Of a stretch of DNA of 64,000 nucleotides, positions 44,924 to 54,260 are shown one piece after another. The DNA is taken from positions 5,874-69,873 of the forward strand of contig JBEKHB010000012.1 of NCBI GenBank assembly GCA_050012495.1, written 5' to 3'. The notes beneath the pieces were generated by a model. The model was not told the origin of the DNA and did not search any database. It worked only from the letters and a program-made list of their open reading frames with translations. Both the position numbers and the translations under genes were made by a program. Source of the stretch: Syntrophorhabdales bacterium. Its GTDB lineage: Bacteria > Desulfobacterota > Syntrophorhabdia > Syntrophorhabdales > WCHB1-27. Every line of letters starts with the position of its first letter. The first letter of the stretch is position 1.

Positions 44924-45778
44924 TTGCTCGTAATCATCGGATGCATCGTCGTAATCGGTGGGGTACTCGGTGGGTTTGCCCTCGAGGGCGGCCCCTTCCT
45001 CGTCCTTATGCAGCTTGCGGAATTCATTATCATTGGCTGCGCGGCGCTGGGGGCCCTCCTCATTTCGGCGCCCCCAAAGACGCTCGTAAAGATCATCGGC
45101 AAGGTCGTGGGCTCCCTCAAAGGCTCTCCGGTGAGCAGCCGCACGTATCTCGACATCCTCAAGCTCATGTATGAAATCTTCCAGATGAGCCGCAAAGAGG
45201 GGTTGATCGCCCTCGAAAGCCACATAGAGAGGCCGGAGGAGAGCCCCATCTTCAGCCAGTATCCGCACTTCCTCAAGGAGCGCCATCTCGTACTTTTCAT
45301 GTGTGACACGTTCCGTCTCGTCATCCTCGGCGGTGTTCCTCCCCACGATATGCAGGCGCTGATGGATGGGGACATAGAGACCCACCACCACGAAGGCACC
45401 GTGCCGGGAGCAATACTCCAGAAGATCGGGGATTCGATGCCGGGTTTGGGGATCGTGGCGGCGGTGCTCGGCATTATCATCACCATGCAGGCGATCGGCG
45501 GCGCGGCCGAAGAGGTGGGCCACAAGGTGGCCGCAGCACTCGTCGGCACCTTTCTCGGCATCTTCATCTCGTACGGCTTTGTGCAGCCCCTGGCGACCAA
45601 TATCGACATATCGAACGACGAGGAGTCGAAGGTTTTCGAGACGATCGAGGCGGCCATGATCGCCTTTGCAAAAGGGTTCAACCCCATTGTCTGCCTCGAG
45701 TTCGCGAGGCGTGCGGTCCCGACTGACTACAGGCCCGGCTTCCAGGAGATGGAAGACTATGTAAAGGGCAAAAGCTAA
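44924..45778 (+). CDS. motA: Flagellar stator protein MotA
   Basis: LVIIGCIVVIGGVLGGFALEGG N-terminus, four TM helices, and the conserved GLGIVAAVLGIIITM...VGTFLGIF plug/channel region. TTG start after AGGACGGAG. Confidence 0.85.
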   Translation: MLVIIGCIVVIGGVLGGFALEGGPFLVLMQLAEFIIIGCAALGALLISAPPKTLVKIIGKVVGSLKGSPVSSRTYLDILKLMYEIFQMSRKEGLIALESHIERPEESPIFSQYPHFLKERHLVLFMCDTFRLVILGGVPPHDMQALMDGDIETHHHEGTVPGAILQKIGDSMPGLGIVAAVLGIIITMQAIGGAAEEVGHKVAAALVGTFLGIFISYGFVQPLATNIDISNDEESKVFETIEAAMIAFAKGFNPIVCLEFARRAVPTDYRPGFQEMEDYVKGKS

Positions 45779-46638
45779 TGGACGGGGAACATAACGACCC
45801 GGTCAGGATTGTCGTAAAAAAGAGCAGGGACCACGGAGGCCACCACGGAGGCGCGTGGAAGGTCGCCTACGCCGATTTCGTCACCGCCATGATGGCCCTC
45901 TTCATCGTCCTCTGGATCCTGGGACAGAGCACGGACGTCAAGGAGGCTATCGCCGCCTACTTCAAGGACCCCGGGGCCTTCACGAGCACCAGGTCGGGCG
46001 GCGTGCTTCAGGGCGGCCCGAAACCGCTCCTCTTTACCCCGCCCGTCGCATCCCCCCCTGCCCCCGATAAACGCACCGGCGACCTGGAAAGGCTCAAAGC
46101 CGAAGCAAAAAGCATTCAGGAGAAGATAGCATCCGTTCCCGACTTCAGTAAGTTCAAGGAGAAGATTGAGGTAATGGTGACCCCCGAAGGGCTCAGGATC
46201 GACCTCGTGGAAGTTTCGGAGGGTTTGTTCTTCGATATCGGCAAGGCAAAGCTCAAGCCGGAGGCGGTCCGGCTGCTCAAGCTCATCGCCTCCCGCCTGG
46301 CAACCCTGCCGAATAAGATTGTGGTGGAAGGCTATACCGACGCCCGGCCTTACGTCTCGTCCGGGTACTCGAACTGGGACTTGAGCGTAGACAGGGCCAA
46401 CAGCGCGCGGGGGGTATTGGAGGAGAGCGGCCTTGCGAAGGACCAGATACGCGAGGTGCGGGGTTTCGCCGACAGGAAGCTGAGGGTCCCCGAGAGACCG
46501 TTCGATTACGCGAACAGGCGGGTCAGCATCCTCGTGGCCGCTGGGGGCGCCGGGCCGGTACTGCACGACGCGCCTCGTGCGCAATCCGGCCGTTTCGCGC
46601 CATCCGGCGGAATGCCGCCGCAAAAGCAGGGAAAATGA
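45778..46638 (+). CDS. motB: Flagellar stator protein MotB (OmpA-like peptidoglycan-binding C-terminus)
   Basis: HGGAWKVAYADFVTAMMALFIVLW (TM helix with the conserved Asp), then an OmpA-like domain IVVEGYTDARP...NWDLSVDRANSAR. ATG overlaps the stop in TAATG. Confidence 0.85.
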   Translation: MDGEHNDPVRIVVKKSRDHGGHHGGAWKVAYADFVTAMMALFIVLWILGQSTDVKEAIAAYFKDPGAFTSTRSGGVLQGGPKPLLFTPPVASPPAPDKRTGDLERLKAEAKSIQEKIASVPDFSKFKEKIEVMVTPEGLRIDLVEVSEGLFFDIGKAKLKPEAVRLLKLIASRLATLPNKIVVEGYTDARPYVSSGYSNWDLSVDRANSARGVLEESGLAKDQIREVRGFADRKLRVPERPFDYANRRVSILVAAGGAGPVLHDAPRAQSGRFAPSGGMPPQKQGK

Positions 46639-47849
46639 GCGACACCGGGAGGAGATCACGCATACTTGTGGTCAATGACGATCCGGAAACCCTCGATCTG
46701 ATCGCGGAAATTTTGCGGAAAGACGAGGCCGTCGAGGTCCGGCTCAGCCGCGATGCGCGGGAGGGAGGGGCCGTCACGTCCGAGTTTGCCCCCGACCTGA
46801 TCATGTGCAGCCTCACCGACGCCGCCGATTGGGTGCGCTTCCGTTTACGCCTGCAAGGGCATGAAGAAACCAACTCTTTTCTGCTCCTCCTTGTCTGCGA
46901 CAGGGGGGACGTCGGGATGATCGGCCGGAGCCTCGAACAGGGGGTCGATGATTATATCGAGAAGGGACTCTGCCCCCATATCCTCCTTCCCAGGATCCGA
47001 TCCCTGGTCGGTGCGAAGAGGCTTCAGGAAGAGCTGAAGGCGGAAGAGGAGAGGCTGAGTGAGAAAAACACGCTCCTCAAGAGAAACTTTGAGGAACTGA
47101 CGGCCATCCTGCTCAAGATTCTCGAGGTGCGCGTGCCGGGGGCAAGCGACCGCGCCCGTGATGCGAAGACTTGCGTCAAATTCATCGCGGAAAAACTCCA
47201 CTTTCCCCACGAAAAACGCAAACAGATTGTATTTGCCGGCCTCCTGCACGAGATAGGCAAAGTCGGCCTGCCGGATGGCGTGGCGGGCAAGCAGCACCTC
47301 AACCTGCCTGCAGAGCTCAGGTCCGCGTACCGCCAGCACCCGACCATCGGCTCGATGATCATATCCACCATGACGGGCTACAGGGAATCGGCCGAGGCAG
47401 TCCATCACCAGCTCGAAAACTATGACGGCTCGGGCTTTCCTGATGGGTTGATGGGGGAGGAGATACCCAGCCACGCGAGGATTCTCAGGGCCGTCGTATT
47501 CCAGGAGGAGCTTCGCGGGCAAGGTTGCGCAATCGACGCCATCATCGAACAGGTGCACCTCGCGATACATTCGGTCCTGGAGCAAAGGATAGCGAACCTC
47601 CTCATAGAATTCCTTCGTGAGCACAACGTAAAGCCCGAAACCAACAAGCTGAAGCTCCGCGTGGACGACCTAAAGCCTGGAATGGTGATCGCCGAAGACG
47701 TCTATGCGGCAAGCGGCGTCAAACTGCTCCCCAAGGGTGTGCAGTTGCGGGACAAAACGCTGGCCCTTCTGCTGGAGCGCAACGAGACGGACCCGGTTCT
47801 CGGCGGCATCTATATCCTCACCGACTGGTCCCTGCTTTACGGGACATGA
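46635..47849 (+). CDS. Receiver-like domain plus HD-GYP-like domain protein; both domains appear degenerate
   Basis: REC-like ILVVNDDPE...PDLIMCSL (Ser where the phospho-acceptor Asp is expected). HD-GYP-like LLHEIGKVGLPD (HE rather than HD) and HHQLENYDGSGFPDGL (GFP rather than GYP). Confidence 0.8.
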   Translation: MSDTGRRSRILVVNDDPETLDLIAEILRKDEAVEVRLSRDAREGGAVTSEFAPDLIMCSLTDAADWVRFRLRLQGHEETNSFLLLLVCDRGDVGMIGRSLEQGVDDYIEKGLCPHILLPRIRSLVGAKRLQEELKAEEERLSEKNTLLKRNFEELTAILLKILEVRVPGASDRARDAKTCVKFIAEKLHFPHEKRKQIVFAGLLHEIGKVGLPDGVAGKQHLNLPAELRSAYRQHPTIGSMIISTMTGYRESAEAVHHQLENYDGSGFPDGLMGEEIPSHARILRAVVFQEELRGQGCAIDAIIEQVHLAIHSVLEQRIANLLIEFLREHNVKPETNKLKLRVDDLKPGMVIAEDVYAASGVKLLPKGVQLRDKTLALLLERNETDPVLGGIYILTDWSLLYGT

Positions 47850-47928
47850 ATTCGCGTCTTGCCTTATCTTCTTGCCCTCCCCTGCCGATAATCTTCAAGG
47901 AGTATCACTCGCGTACAAGGAGCCGCTT

Positions 47929-50439
47929 ATGACACGAAAAGCCGAATCCGACACAAACGTGACGCCGATGCCTCTGCCCGGCCGAGAACCTGACATGGCG
48001 GGGAACGAGCGCTACCGCAAGTCTCTGCTCAACCACCTCACCCTCGGTCTGGCGAAGGACATGTATTCGGCCACCTCCAGGGACAAGTTCAACGCGGCCG
48101 TCCTCTCAGTGAGAGCGGCCATGATTAAGAACTGGATCAACACGCAGCAGCAGTACTACCTGGCCGACACGAAGCGCGTCTACTACCTCTCCCTCGAATT
48201 CCTCCTTGGCCGGCTCCTCAATTCATACCTCATCAACCTCGGCCTTGCGGAGCAGTACCGCGAGGCCGTGGGCGTCCTCGACATCTCCCTGGAGGAGGTG
48301 CTGGAGCACGAGTGGGACGCCGCCCTCGGCAACGGCGGCCTCGGAAGGCTTGCCGCCTGCTTTCTCGATTCCGTGGCGACCCTCCGGTACCCCTGCTACG
48401 GGTATGGCATACGGTACGAATACGGCATCTTCTCCCAGAGGATCAAAGAGGGCTACCAGTCCGAGGCGCCGGACAACTGGCTCCGGTACGGCAATTTCTG
48501 GGAATTCCCCCGGGCAGAGCTTCTCTACCCCGTCCGCTTCTACGGTCATGTCCAGACCCACGGCTGTCCCAACGGCCGGCCGAGGGCGGCGTGGATCGAG
48601 ACCGACGAGATACTGGCCATGGCCTATGACTATCCGGTGCCGGGATATAGAAACAACTTCGTCAATACCCTCCGTCTCTGGGCGGCGAAATCGACCCGTG
48701 ATTTCAACCTGGAGTACTTCAACAGCGGCGACTACGTGAAGGCTGTGGAGGACAAAAACAGCAGCGAAAATATCTCCAAAGTCCTCTACCCGAACGACGC
48801 TTCCCTCGCAGGCAAAGAACTCCGTCTCAAACAGCAGTACTTCTTCGTCGCGGCAACCCTGGGCGACGTGCTCCGAAGGTACAGGAAATTCCACGACACC
48901 TACGACGCCTTCCCCCAAAAGGTGGCGATCCAGTTAAACGATACCCACCCCTCCATCGCCATCCCGGAGCTGATGCGCATCTTCGTGGACGAGGAAGGCC
49001 TCGAGTGGGAAGACGCCTGGGCGATCACGACACGGACGATCGGCTATACGAACCACACCATTCTCCCCGAGGCGCTCGAAACGTGGTCGGAGGAACTGGT
49101 GGGACACCTGCTCCCCCGCCACCTCCAGATCATCCGGGAAATCGACAGGCGGTTCCTTATCCAGGTAACGCGACGGTTTCCCGGCGAGCCCGAACGGAAA
49201 GAGAAGACCGCCATTATCACCGGTTGCGGCGGAGGCGTCGTCCATATGGCGCGGCTCGCCATCGTGGGCAGCCACGCGACCAACGGCGTCTCCCGGATGC
49301 ACTCGGAGATCCTGAAGGCCGACATCTTCAACGACTTCTACCTCATGTACCCCGAGCGCTTCCATAACATCACCAACGGCATTACCTACAGGCGATGGCT
49401 CCTGGAGGCAAATCCCGGGCTTTCGGCCCTGATCACCGGGGCTATCGGCGACGGGTGGACGCACGACCTGGAGCGACTGGCCGACCTGGAGCCGTTCGCC
49501 CGGGACGACGGTTTCTGCAAGGCCTTCGAGGAGATAAAGCAGGCGAACAAGGCGAGGCTCGCCGCTTTCCTTGCGACGAACGACAAGATCACCATCAACC
49601 CGTCTTTCCTCCTCGACTGCCAGGCAAAGCGGTTCCACGAATACAAGCGGCAGCTCCTCAACGTCTTCCACGCCATTACCCTCTATAACAGGCTCGTCGA
49701 AGGGAGAGAGACGGATTCATTCACCCCGAGGACTATCCTGTTTTCCGGCAAGTCCGCACCTGGGTACCTCCTGTGTAAGCTCATCATCAAGCTGATCCAC
49801 AATGTGGCCGACGTGATCGCCGCCCATCCCCTGGTGAGGGAGAAGCTCCAGGTGGTCTTCGTGCCCAATTACGGCGTGACCCTGGCCCAGTTCATCATCC
49901 CTGCCGCGGAGCTGTCCGAGCAGATATCGACAGCCGGTTTCGAGGCCTCCGGCACCGGCAACATGAAGTTCATGCTCAACGGCGCCCTCACGATCGGCAC
50001 CCTCGACGGGGCGAACGTCGAGATCCGCGACGAGGCGGGGGAGGAGAACTTCTTTCGCTTCGGTCTCGACAGCAGCGAGGTGCAGGCCCTCCGGCCGGGC
50101 TATGACCCGAAGAAATATATCGACGAGAACGGCGAGCTGAAGCGGATCATCAGCCAGCTTGGCAACGGGTTTTTCTCCGCCGAGAACCCCTCCCTCTTTC
50201 AGCCCATCCTCGACACCCTGCAGGGCGGCGACCGTTTCTTCGTGCTCGCCGACTACGAGGGCTACATAAGCTGCCAGGAGGCCGTGTCGATTGCCTATCG
50301 GGACCGCGAGGAATGGACGAGAAAAGCGGTCATCAACGTGGCCCGGTCGGGGAAGTTCTCGAGCGACAGGGCGGTAGAGGAGTACGCGCGGCGCATCTGG
50401 GACGTGGCCCCGTTGCGTTCCGGCGAGGCGACGCAGTAA
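47929..50439 (+). CDS. glgP: Glycogen/alpha-glucan phosphorylase
   Basis: YYLSLEFLLGR, GNGGLGRLAACFLDS, EASGTGNMKFMLNGALTIGTLDGANVE (PLP-Lys motif). ATG 47929 follows AAGGAG. The track start at 47704 lies inside the upstream gene. Confidence 0.95.
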   Translation: MTRKAESDTNVTPMPLPGREPDMAGNERYRKSLLNHLTLGLAKDMYSATSRDKFNAAVLSVRAAMIKNWINTQQQYYLADTKRVYYLSLEFLLGRLLNSYLINLGLAEQYREAVGVLDISLEEVLEHEWDAALGNGGLGRLAACFLDSVATLRYPCYGYGIRYEYGIFSQRIKEGYQSEAPDNWLRYGNFWEFPRAELLYPVRFYGHVQTHGCPNGRPRAAWIETDEILAMAYDYPVPGYRNNFVNTLRLWAAKSTRDFNLEYFNSGDYVKAVEDKNSSENISKVLYPNDASLAGKELRLKQQYFFVAATLGDVLRRYRKFHDTYDAFPQKVAIQLNDTHPSIAIPELMRIFVDEEGLEWEDAWAITTRTIGYTNHTILPEALETWSEELVGHLLPRHLQIIREIDRRFLIQVTRRFPGEPERKEKTAIITGCGGGVVHMARLAIVGSHATNGVSRMHSEILKADIFNDFYLMYPERFHNITNGITYRRWLLEANPGLSALITGAIGDGWTHDLERLADLEPFARDDGFCKAFEEIKQANKARLAAFLATNDKITINPSFLLDCQAKRFHEYKRQLLNVFHAITLYNRLVEGRETDSFTPRTILFSGKSAPGYLLCKLIIKLIHNVADVIAAHPLVREKLQVVFVPNYGVTLAQFIIPAAELSEQISTAGFEASGTGNMKFMLNGALTIGTLDGANVEIRDEAGEENFFRFGLDSSEVQALRPGYDPKKYIDENGELKRIISQLGNGFFSAENPSLFQPILDTLQGGDRFFVLADYEGYISCQEAVSIAYRDREEWTRKAVINVARSGKFSSDRAVEEYARRIWDVAPLRSGEATQ

Positions 50440-50449
50440 TGCGGCGACC

Positions 50450-50472
50450 GGTCACCTTAGGGTCCGGTGACC
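50450..50472. terminator. Hairpin between convergent glgP and the last gvp-operon gene
   Basis: GGTCACC (50450-50456) pairs with GGTGACC (50466-50472) around a 9-nt loop, then TTCGGGCTT. Confidence 0.35.
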
Positions 50473-50489
50473 TTCGGGCTTCCGTTGCT

Positions 50490-51185
50490 TTATGCCGGCG
50501 GGTGACTGCAGAGACTCTCTGTCAGATACTTCCTCAGCTTTTCGACCCTCCCCTTATTGCTGCGGTAAAGCGGCAGAACGTTCTGATATTCCCTTACCTT
50601 GTTTATGTCTTTAAGCTCTTCCACATGAACATCTTTTTCAAGCCACTTCCTCACGTTATGAAATGCACCGATAAACAGAATACCCTTTCCCCCTTCCTGC
50701 AGCGTATCGTTTATCTGCTTCGCAATGAACTTATCCCTTCTTTCCAAAAGCGTATTTTTTGCGAGCTTATACTTCAGGGCCGCGGCAAGCTTTTGCGCCC
50801 GGTTCTTTGCCTGCGTTATCTTGAGAATCCAGGCGCGTTCCTCCTTTACGAGGCTTAAATCTTCCGTCTTGACGAGAACGGCGCCTTTCCCGATCAGTGC
50901 CGAGATGATCTGATAATTCCGGCTGCCTGTCTGAAGAACTTCCCGAACTATTGCCACGGCTGTTTCACCGCCTGCTACCATGCCGTCCTGGTATATCTTG
51001 AAACCCGGTACTTCAATGGAATCAAAATACCCGGCAATTGCGTCCCAGAAACCGAGGACGGTCTCCTCGTGCCTTTTCCAAAGTGTCTCACCGAATTCCC
51101 TCAGACCTCTTGCGGCAATGTCCTCGCCCATGGAGCCGAGGTCCGCCTCTGTGTGGATAATTGGGACGTAGAGTAACGCACGCAT
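50490..51185 (-). CDS. Hypothetical protein (231 aa), last gene of the gas-vesicle operon
   Basis: ATG follows AGGAG, 13 nt downstream of the preceding gvp gene, with the same low GC. No domain recognised. Confidence 0.6.
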   Translation of the reverse strand: MRALLYVPIIHTEADLGSMGEDIAARGLREFGETLWKRHEETVLGFWDAIAGYFDSIEVPGFKIYQDGMVAGGETAVAIVREVLQTGSRNYQIISALIGKGAVLVKTEDLSLVKEERAWILKITQAKNRAQKLAAALKYKLAKNTLLERRDKFIAKQINDTLQEGGKGILFIGAFHNVRKWLEKDVHVEELKDINKVREYQNVLPLYRSNKGRVEKLRKYLTESLCSHPPA

Positions 51186-51198
51186 CCCGGCTCCTGTC

Positions 51199-51495
51199 TT
51201 ATTTCACCCTCTCTTCCAGCCGTTCAATCCTCTTTTTCAATGCCTTTGCCTCATTCTCAATAGCGTGTCTCTTTCTGCCATTGGATAAATAGGGGTCCTG
51301 CTGCCACCAGTTAATCCCCATCTCCATCGCTTTATCGACAGATGCGATCAACAGCCTTATCTTAATGGTTAACAGTTCAATGTCTGCAATTCTTATCTGG
51401 ATGTCTCCTGCAATAACAATTCCTTTATCCAGTACTCTTTCCAGTATGTCGGCAAGATTGGTAGCCTGAATTGCATGCACCATTTGTTCGGCCAT
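51199..51495 (-). CDS. GvpA-family minor gas vesicle protein (GvpJ/GvpM/GvpS type)
   Basis: LADILERVLDKGIVIAGDIQIRIADIELLTIKIRLLIASVDKA is the GvpA/J/M core. Confidence 0.85.
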   Translation of the reverse strand: MAEQMVHAIQATNLADILERVLDKGIVIAGDIQIRIADIELLTIKIRLLIASVDKAMEMGINWWQQDPYLSNGRKRHAIENEAKALKKRIERLEERVK

Positions 51496-51506
51496 AAGAC
51501 TCTCCC

Positions 51507-52040
51507 TTATATCAGATCTCCCAAAGGACCGAGATTAAGATTCATGTCTTCATCCTTGATACCGAAGATCGCCTGGATTTCCTGCATCTTTTTCTTTACC
51601 GCTTTCAGACTTAATCCCAACTTTTGGATCTCAACGGAAGAAAGCGATCCCCTCCGCACTCTCCTGAATGCCTCCTTCTCCATAAGCTTTCTTATCAACT
51701 CGATAATGGTTAAAATGAGCTTTGCCAAACCCTGTTCAGTTTCCCTCGGGCTGTCTGCGTGTATAATCCTGGGGATGTTTTCTTCGGCCTTTTTTATCTC
51801 GTTTTGTAATTTCTCGATATAGGCGATGTCTTCTTTGGTCAATGCCTTTTCGGGGCTGCCGGGGCGCCTTCCCGATAACTCCTCAGCCTTGGCAACAGAA
51901 GTGAGTATGAGCCTCAAACCCAGAAACACCAGGTCTACATCCGCTATCCGTAGCACCATGTCGCCGTTGATAACCACTCCCTTTTCCACGACCTTGTCCA
52001 GGACATCAAACAGCGCAACCCTCTCATGTGTAGCTGTCAT
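51507..52040 (-). CDS. Fusion protein: N-terminal GvpA/J-family domain plus C-terminal GvpK domain
   Basis: N-terminus: LFDVLDKVVEKGVVINGDMVLRIADVDLVFLGLRLILTSV (GvpA/J core). C-terminus: GLAKLILTIIELIRKLMEKEAFRRVRRGSL...IQAIFGI (GvpK signature). ATG 52040 overlaps the upstream stop (ATGA). Confidence 0.8.
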   Translation of the reverse strand: MTATHERVALFDVLDKVVEKGVVINGDMVLRIADVDLVFLGLRLILTSVAKAEELSGRRPGSPEKALTKEDIAYIEKLQNEIKKAEENIPRIIHADSPRETEQGLAKLILTIIELIRKLMEKEAFRRVRRGSLSSVEIQKLGLSLKAVKKKMQEIQAIFGIKDEDMNLNLGPLGDLI

Positions 52041-52876
52041 GCCGTCTCCTGCGGCCCGTAGGAATCGGTAAAATTGAAGGGCGGCCACGGGCCGCTGTAT
52101 TCGAGGTGAAGCCCCTTTGTGCGAAGCTCCCCGGCGGTGCCGTCAACGGTCTTCTTGAATGCATCGAGCTTATCTGCATGGACTAAAAAGGCTGCATTGA
52201 AAACCATCCTCTCTGTTTTGCCCGTCATCTCTCTGTCAAGAATCCTTGTCCTTACGGATTCTGTTGCCTCTTCACCCAGTTTTCCGAAGAGCTTTTCCGA
52301 AGCGGCGTCCAATTCTTTGTCTGCCTCATGACGAACGGCCTCTTTCAGCTCTTCTTCCATAAAGTAGGCCATGCCCTCGGGCATTGAGGCAATTTCCTGC
52401 TCTTTCAACCTTATTTCCGCATTATTTTCCTTAACCGTCAGCTCAAATCTTTCTTCATCCATAAGATATACCTTCACATTCCATTCCTGTTTCCCTTGAA
52501 TCTTATGCAACAACCCGCTCATCTTTGCATGGTTCCTGTCAAGGGTTTCTTTCAGTCCTGCCTCGTCGTTAAAAATGGTGCCGAACCTCATGGGGATCAC
52601 GCTGACAAGCCCATCAATCCCCCCCATGGCCTCTTCGATAACGTCTTCGTGGATGAGAACCTTTTCCTTGATCCAGTCAAGGTCTCCCCGGGCCTTTTTC
52701 TGAATTTCTTCGGAGGTGAATTTCACCAGGGAAACTCTGCTGACAACCGCCTCGATCTCGCCCTGGACGATGGTGAAAATTCCCCTTTCTCCCTCAATGT
52801 CTCCCGTACGAAACGCTGAAGGCTCTTCAGTTTTTTCCCGCACACAATAAAGATACAATCCCTCCATACCCTTCAC
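52037..52876 (-). CDS. GvpF/GvpL-family gas vesicle protein (paralogue 4)
   Basis: LYLYCVREK...IEAVVSRV...HEDVIEEAM...YSGPWPPFNF are family hallmarks. Confidence 0.9.
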   Translation of the reverse strand: MKGMEGLYLYCVREKTEEPSAFRTGDIEGERGIFTIVQGEIEAVVSRVSLVKFTSEEIQKKARGDLDWIKEKVLIHEDVIEEAMGGIDGLVSVIPMRFGTIFNDEAGLKETLDRNHAKMSGLLHKIQGKQEWNVKVYLMDEERFELTVKENNAEIRLKEQEIASMPEGMAYFMEEELKEAVRHEADKELDAASEKLFGKLGEEATESVRTRILDREMTGKTERMVFNAAFLVHADKLDAFKKTVDGTAGELRTKGLHLEYSGPWPPFNFTDSYGPQETA

Positions 52877-53139
52877 GCCTGCGATTGGTGGTTTGCAATC
52901 TTCTTTTCGTATGACTGAACCTCCAGGTTTTCATCAACCCTCACCTTATAGATGTTCAGATCCTTCACCTTCGTCGGCAGCCCGCAAGATTTGATGAGTG
53001 CGCTCTCTTCATATACCTCGACCTCTTCCTCCCACCCTTCGGGCGTTCTTGTGATCTTTACCACCTTCGCATCCTCTGCTGAGAGAATACTTTTAAAGAA
53101 CCCCTTCGTCGCCTGGGTAACTTCTGCAATATTTGCCAT
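52873..53139 (-). CDS. gvpO: Gas vesicle protein GvpO
   Basis: VVKITRTPEGWEEEVEVYEE...NIYKVRVDENLEVQSYEKK matches the GvpO pattern (GW..vEvvE ... YeV.ld..g.v.sY.r). AGGAGG RBS. Confidence 0.75.
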   Translation of the reverse strand: MANIAEVTQATKGFFKSILSAEDAKVVKITRTPEGWEEEVEVYEESALIKSCGLPTKVKDLNIYKVRVDENLEVQSYEKKIANHQSQA

Positions 53140-53168
53140 GTATCGCCTCCTATAGTGTTCTTTTCCGC

Positions 53169-53405
53169 TTACCCCTCTTCTCCTTCCGCGTACATCGCAT
53201 GCAACCGTTCGAGAAGCGCCTTTTCCTGCCTCGTGTAGGTCTCTTCATCTATCTCATCCAGCTCGAACCGCAATTGCAATTCCATAAGCCGTTCCTTGAC
53301 AAGCCCCTCGTCGGACATCTCGTGCTGAGCCATATCGTTAACCTTTTCGCTCAGCCAGATAATGCCTCTCAATGGTGAAAGAATTATGTCATCGATGAGG
53401 AACAT
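53169..53405 (-). CDS. gvpG: Gas vesicle protein GvpG
   Basis: MFLIDDIILSPLRGIIWLSEKVNDMAQHE...RLMELQLRFELDEIDEETYTRQEKALLERL is the typical GvpG sequence. Confidence 0.85.
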   Translation of the reverse strand: MFLIDDIILSPLRGIIWLSEKVNDMAQHEMSDEGLVKERLMELQLRFELDEIDEETYTRQEKALLERLHAMYAEGEEG

Positions 53406-53451
53406 CGTCTCTTTCTTTTTCGGCGTTCAGATCCACGCGCTTTCGTTCCTG

Positions 53452-53481
53452 CAGCATGCAATCGGTACACGCCGCATGCTG
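53452..53481 (-). other. Intercistronic hairpin between the GvpF/L gene and gvpG
   Basis: CAGCATGC (53452-53459) pairs with GCATGCTG (53474-53481) around a 14-nt loop. Confidence 0.6.
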
Positions 53482-53489
53482 GCAGCCAT

Positions 53490-54254
53490 TCATCCTCCCA
53501 TGTTTATCACCAGGTTCACAAAATTGAACGGCGGCAGGGTTCCCACATATTTAAACCTCACTTTGTCGTTATACCTATCTGCAAGCCCCTGAACTTCCCT
53601 GTCAAACTCCGCCTCTTTCTCTTGCGCTACCAGAAAAGCGGCGTTCATAATCATCAGCTCGCCATAGGTAGTGTTTATCCTGGCCTGTTCGCAAAGGGGC
53701 GATAATCTTCGTAATGCATCATCCTTATAGAAGTCCCTTTCCTTTTGGAGTGCTGCTTCAACCATCCTGCCTATCTCCATCCTCTGGTAATATGATTTTT
53801 CAGGGAGCAACGGTATAATCTGCTCTTTCAGGGCCTTTATATCATCATTTTTCTCGAGAATTTCCTTATACAGCACGTGTTCCTGGAACAGCATCTTCAC
53901 GCCGAGCTCTTTCTTGCCGTGCATGGTTTTTAATAACTCGATGAATTTGCGGTGCTCTCGCTCTAATATCAGTCTTACCGTTTCCACATTTTCAGCAATT
54001 GTCGCAAACCTGACCGGCAGCACCGTATGGGTTTTCATTACCTCTTCAATGACCCGCTCATGAGAAATGAGATACTCCCGGGCAACAGGATATTTTTTGA
54101 CAGGCGAATTGCTCACCACAGCCCCGATATCCCGGAAGGGTACGGTATATACCGCGTCACCCCTTCCACCAATGCCGACGGCGCCGAACGACAGAGGTTC
54201 CTTTGACTCATTTATGCAATATATGTATACCCCGTCTTCCAAAGTCGCTCCCAT
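53490..54254 (-). CDS. GvpF/GvpL-family gas vesicle protein (paralogue 3)
   Basis: VYIYCINES...IGAVVSNS...HERVIEEVM...YVGTLPPFNF. ATG 54254 lies 9 nt after GGAGAGG. The track start, GTG 54260, is the alternative. Confidence 0.9.
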   Translation of the reverse strand: MGATLEDGVYIYCINESKEPLSFGAVGIGGRGDAVYTVPFRDIGAVVSNSPVKKYPVAREYLISHERVIEEVMKTHTVLPVRFATIAENVETVRLILEREHRKFIELLKTMHGKKELGVKMLFQEHVLYKEILEKNDDIKALKEQIIPLLPEKSYYQRMEIGRMVEAALQKERDFYKDDALRRLSPLCEQARINTTYGELMIMNAAFLVAQEKEAEFDREVQGLADRYNDKVRFKYVGTLPPFNFVNLVINMGG

Positions 54255-54260
54255 AAACAC

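Noticed and set aside
44755-46659. Minus-strand ORFs of 310, 237 and 294 aa antisense to motA/motB
   Set aside because: The plus strand encodes canonical MotA/MotB sequences, and the antisense frames are low-complexity.
53406-53489. A 19-codon ORF (MAASMRRVPIACCRNESAWI) between the GvpF/L gene and gvpG
   Set aside because: It is too short, it coincides with the arms of the intercistronic hairpin, and it has no RBS. The hairpin explains the sequence better.
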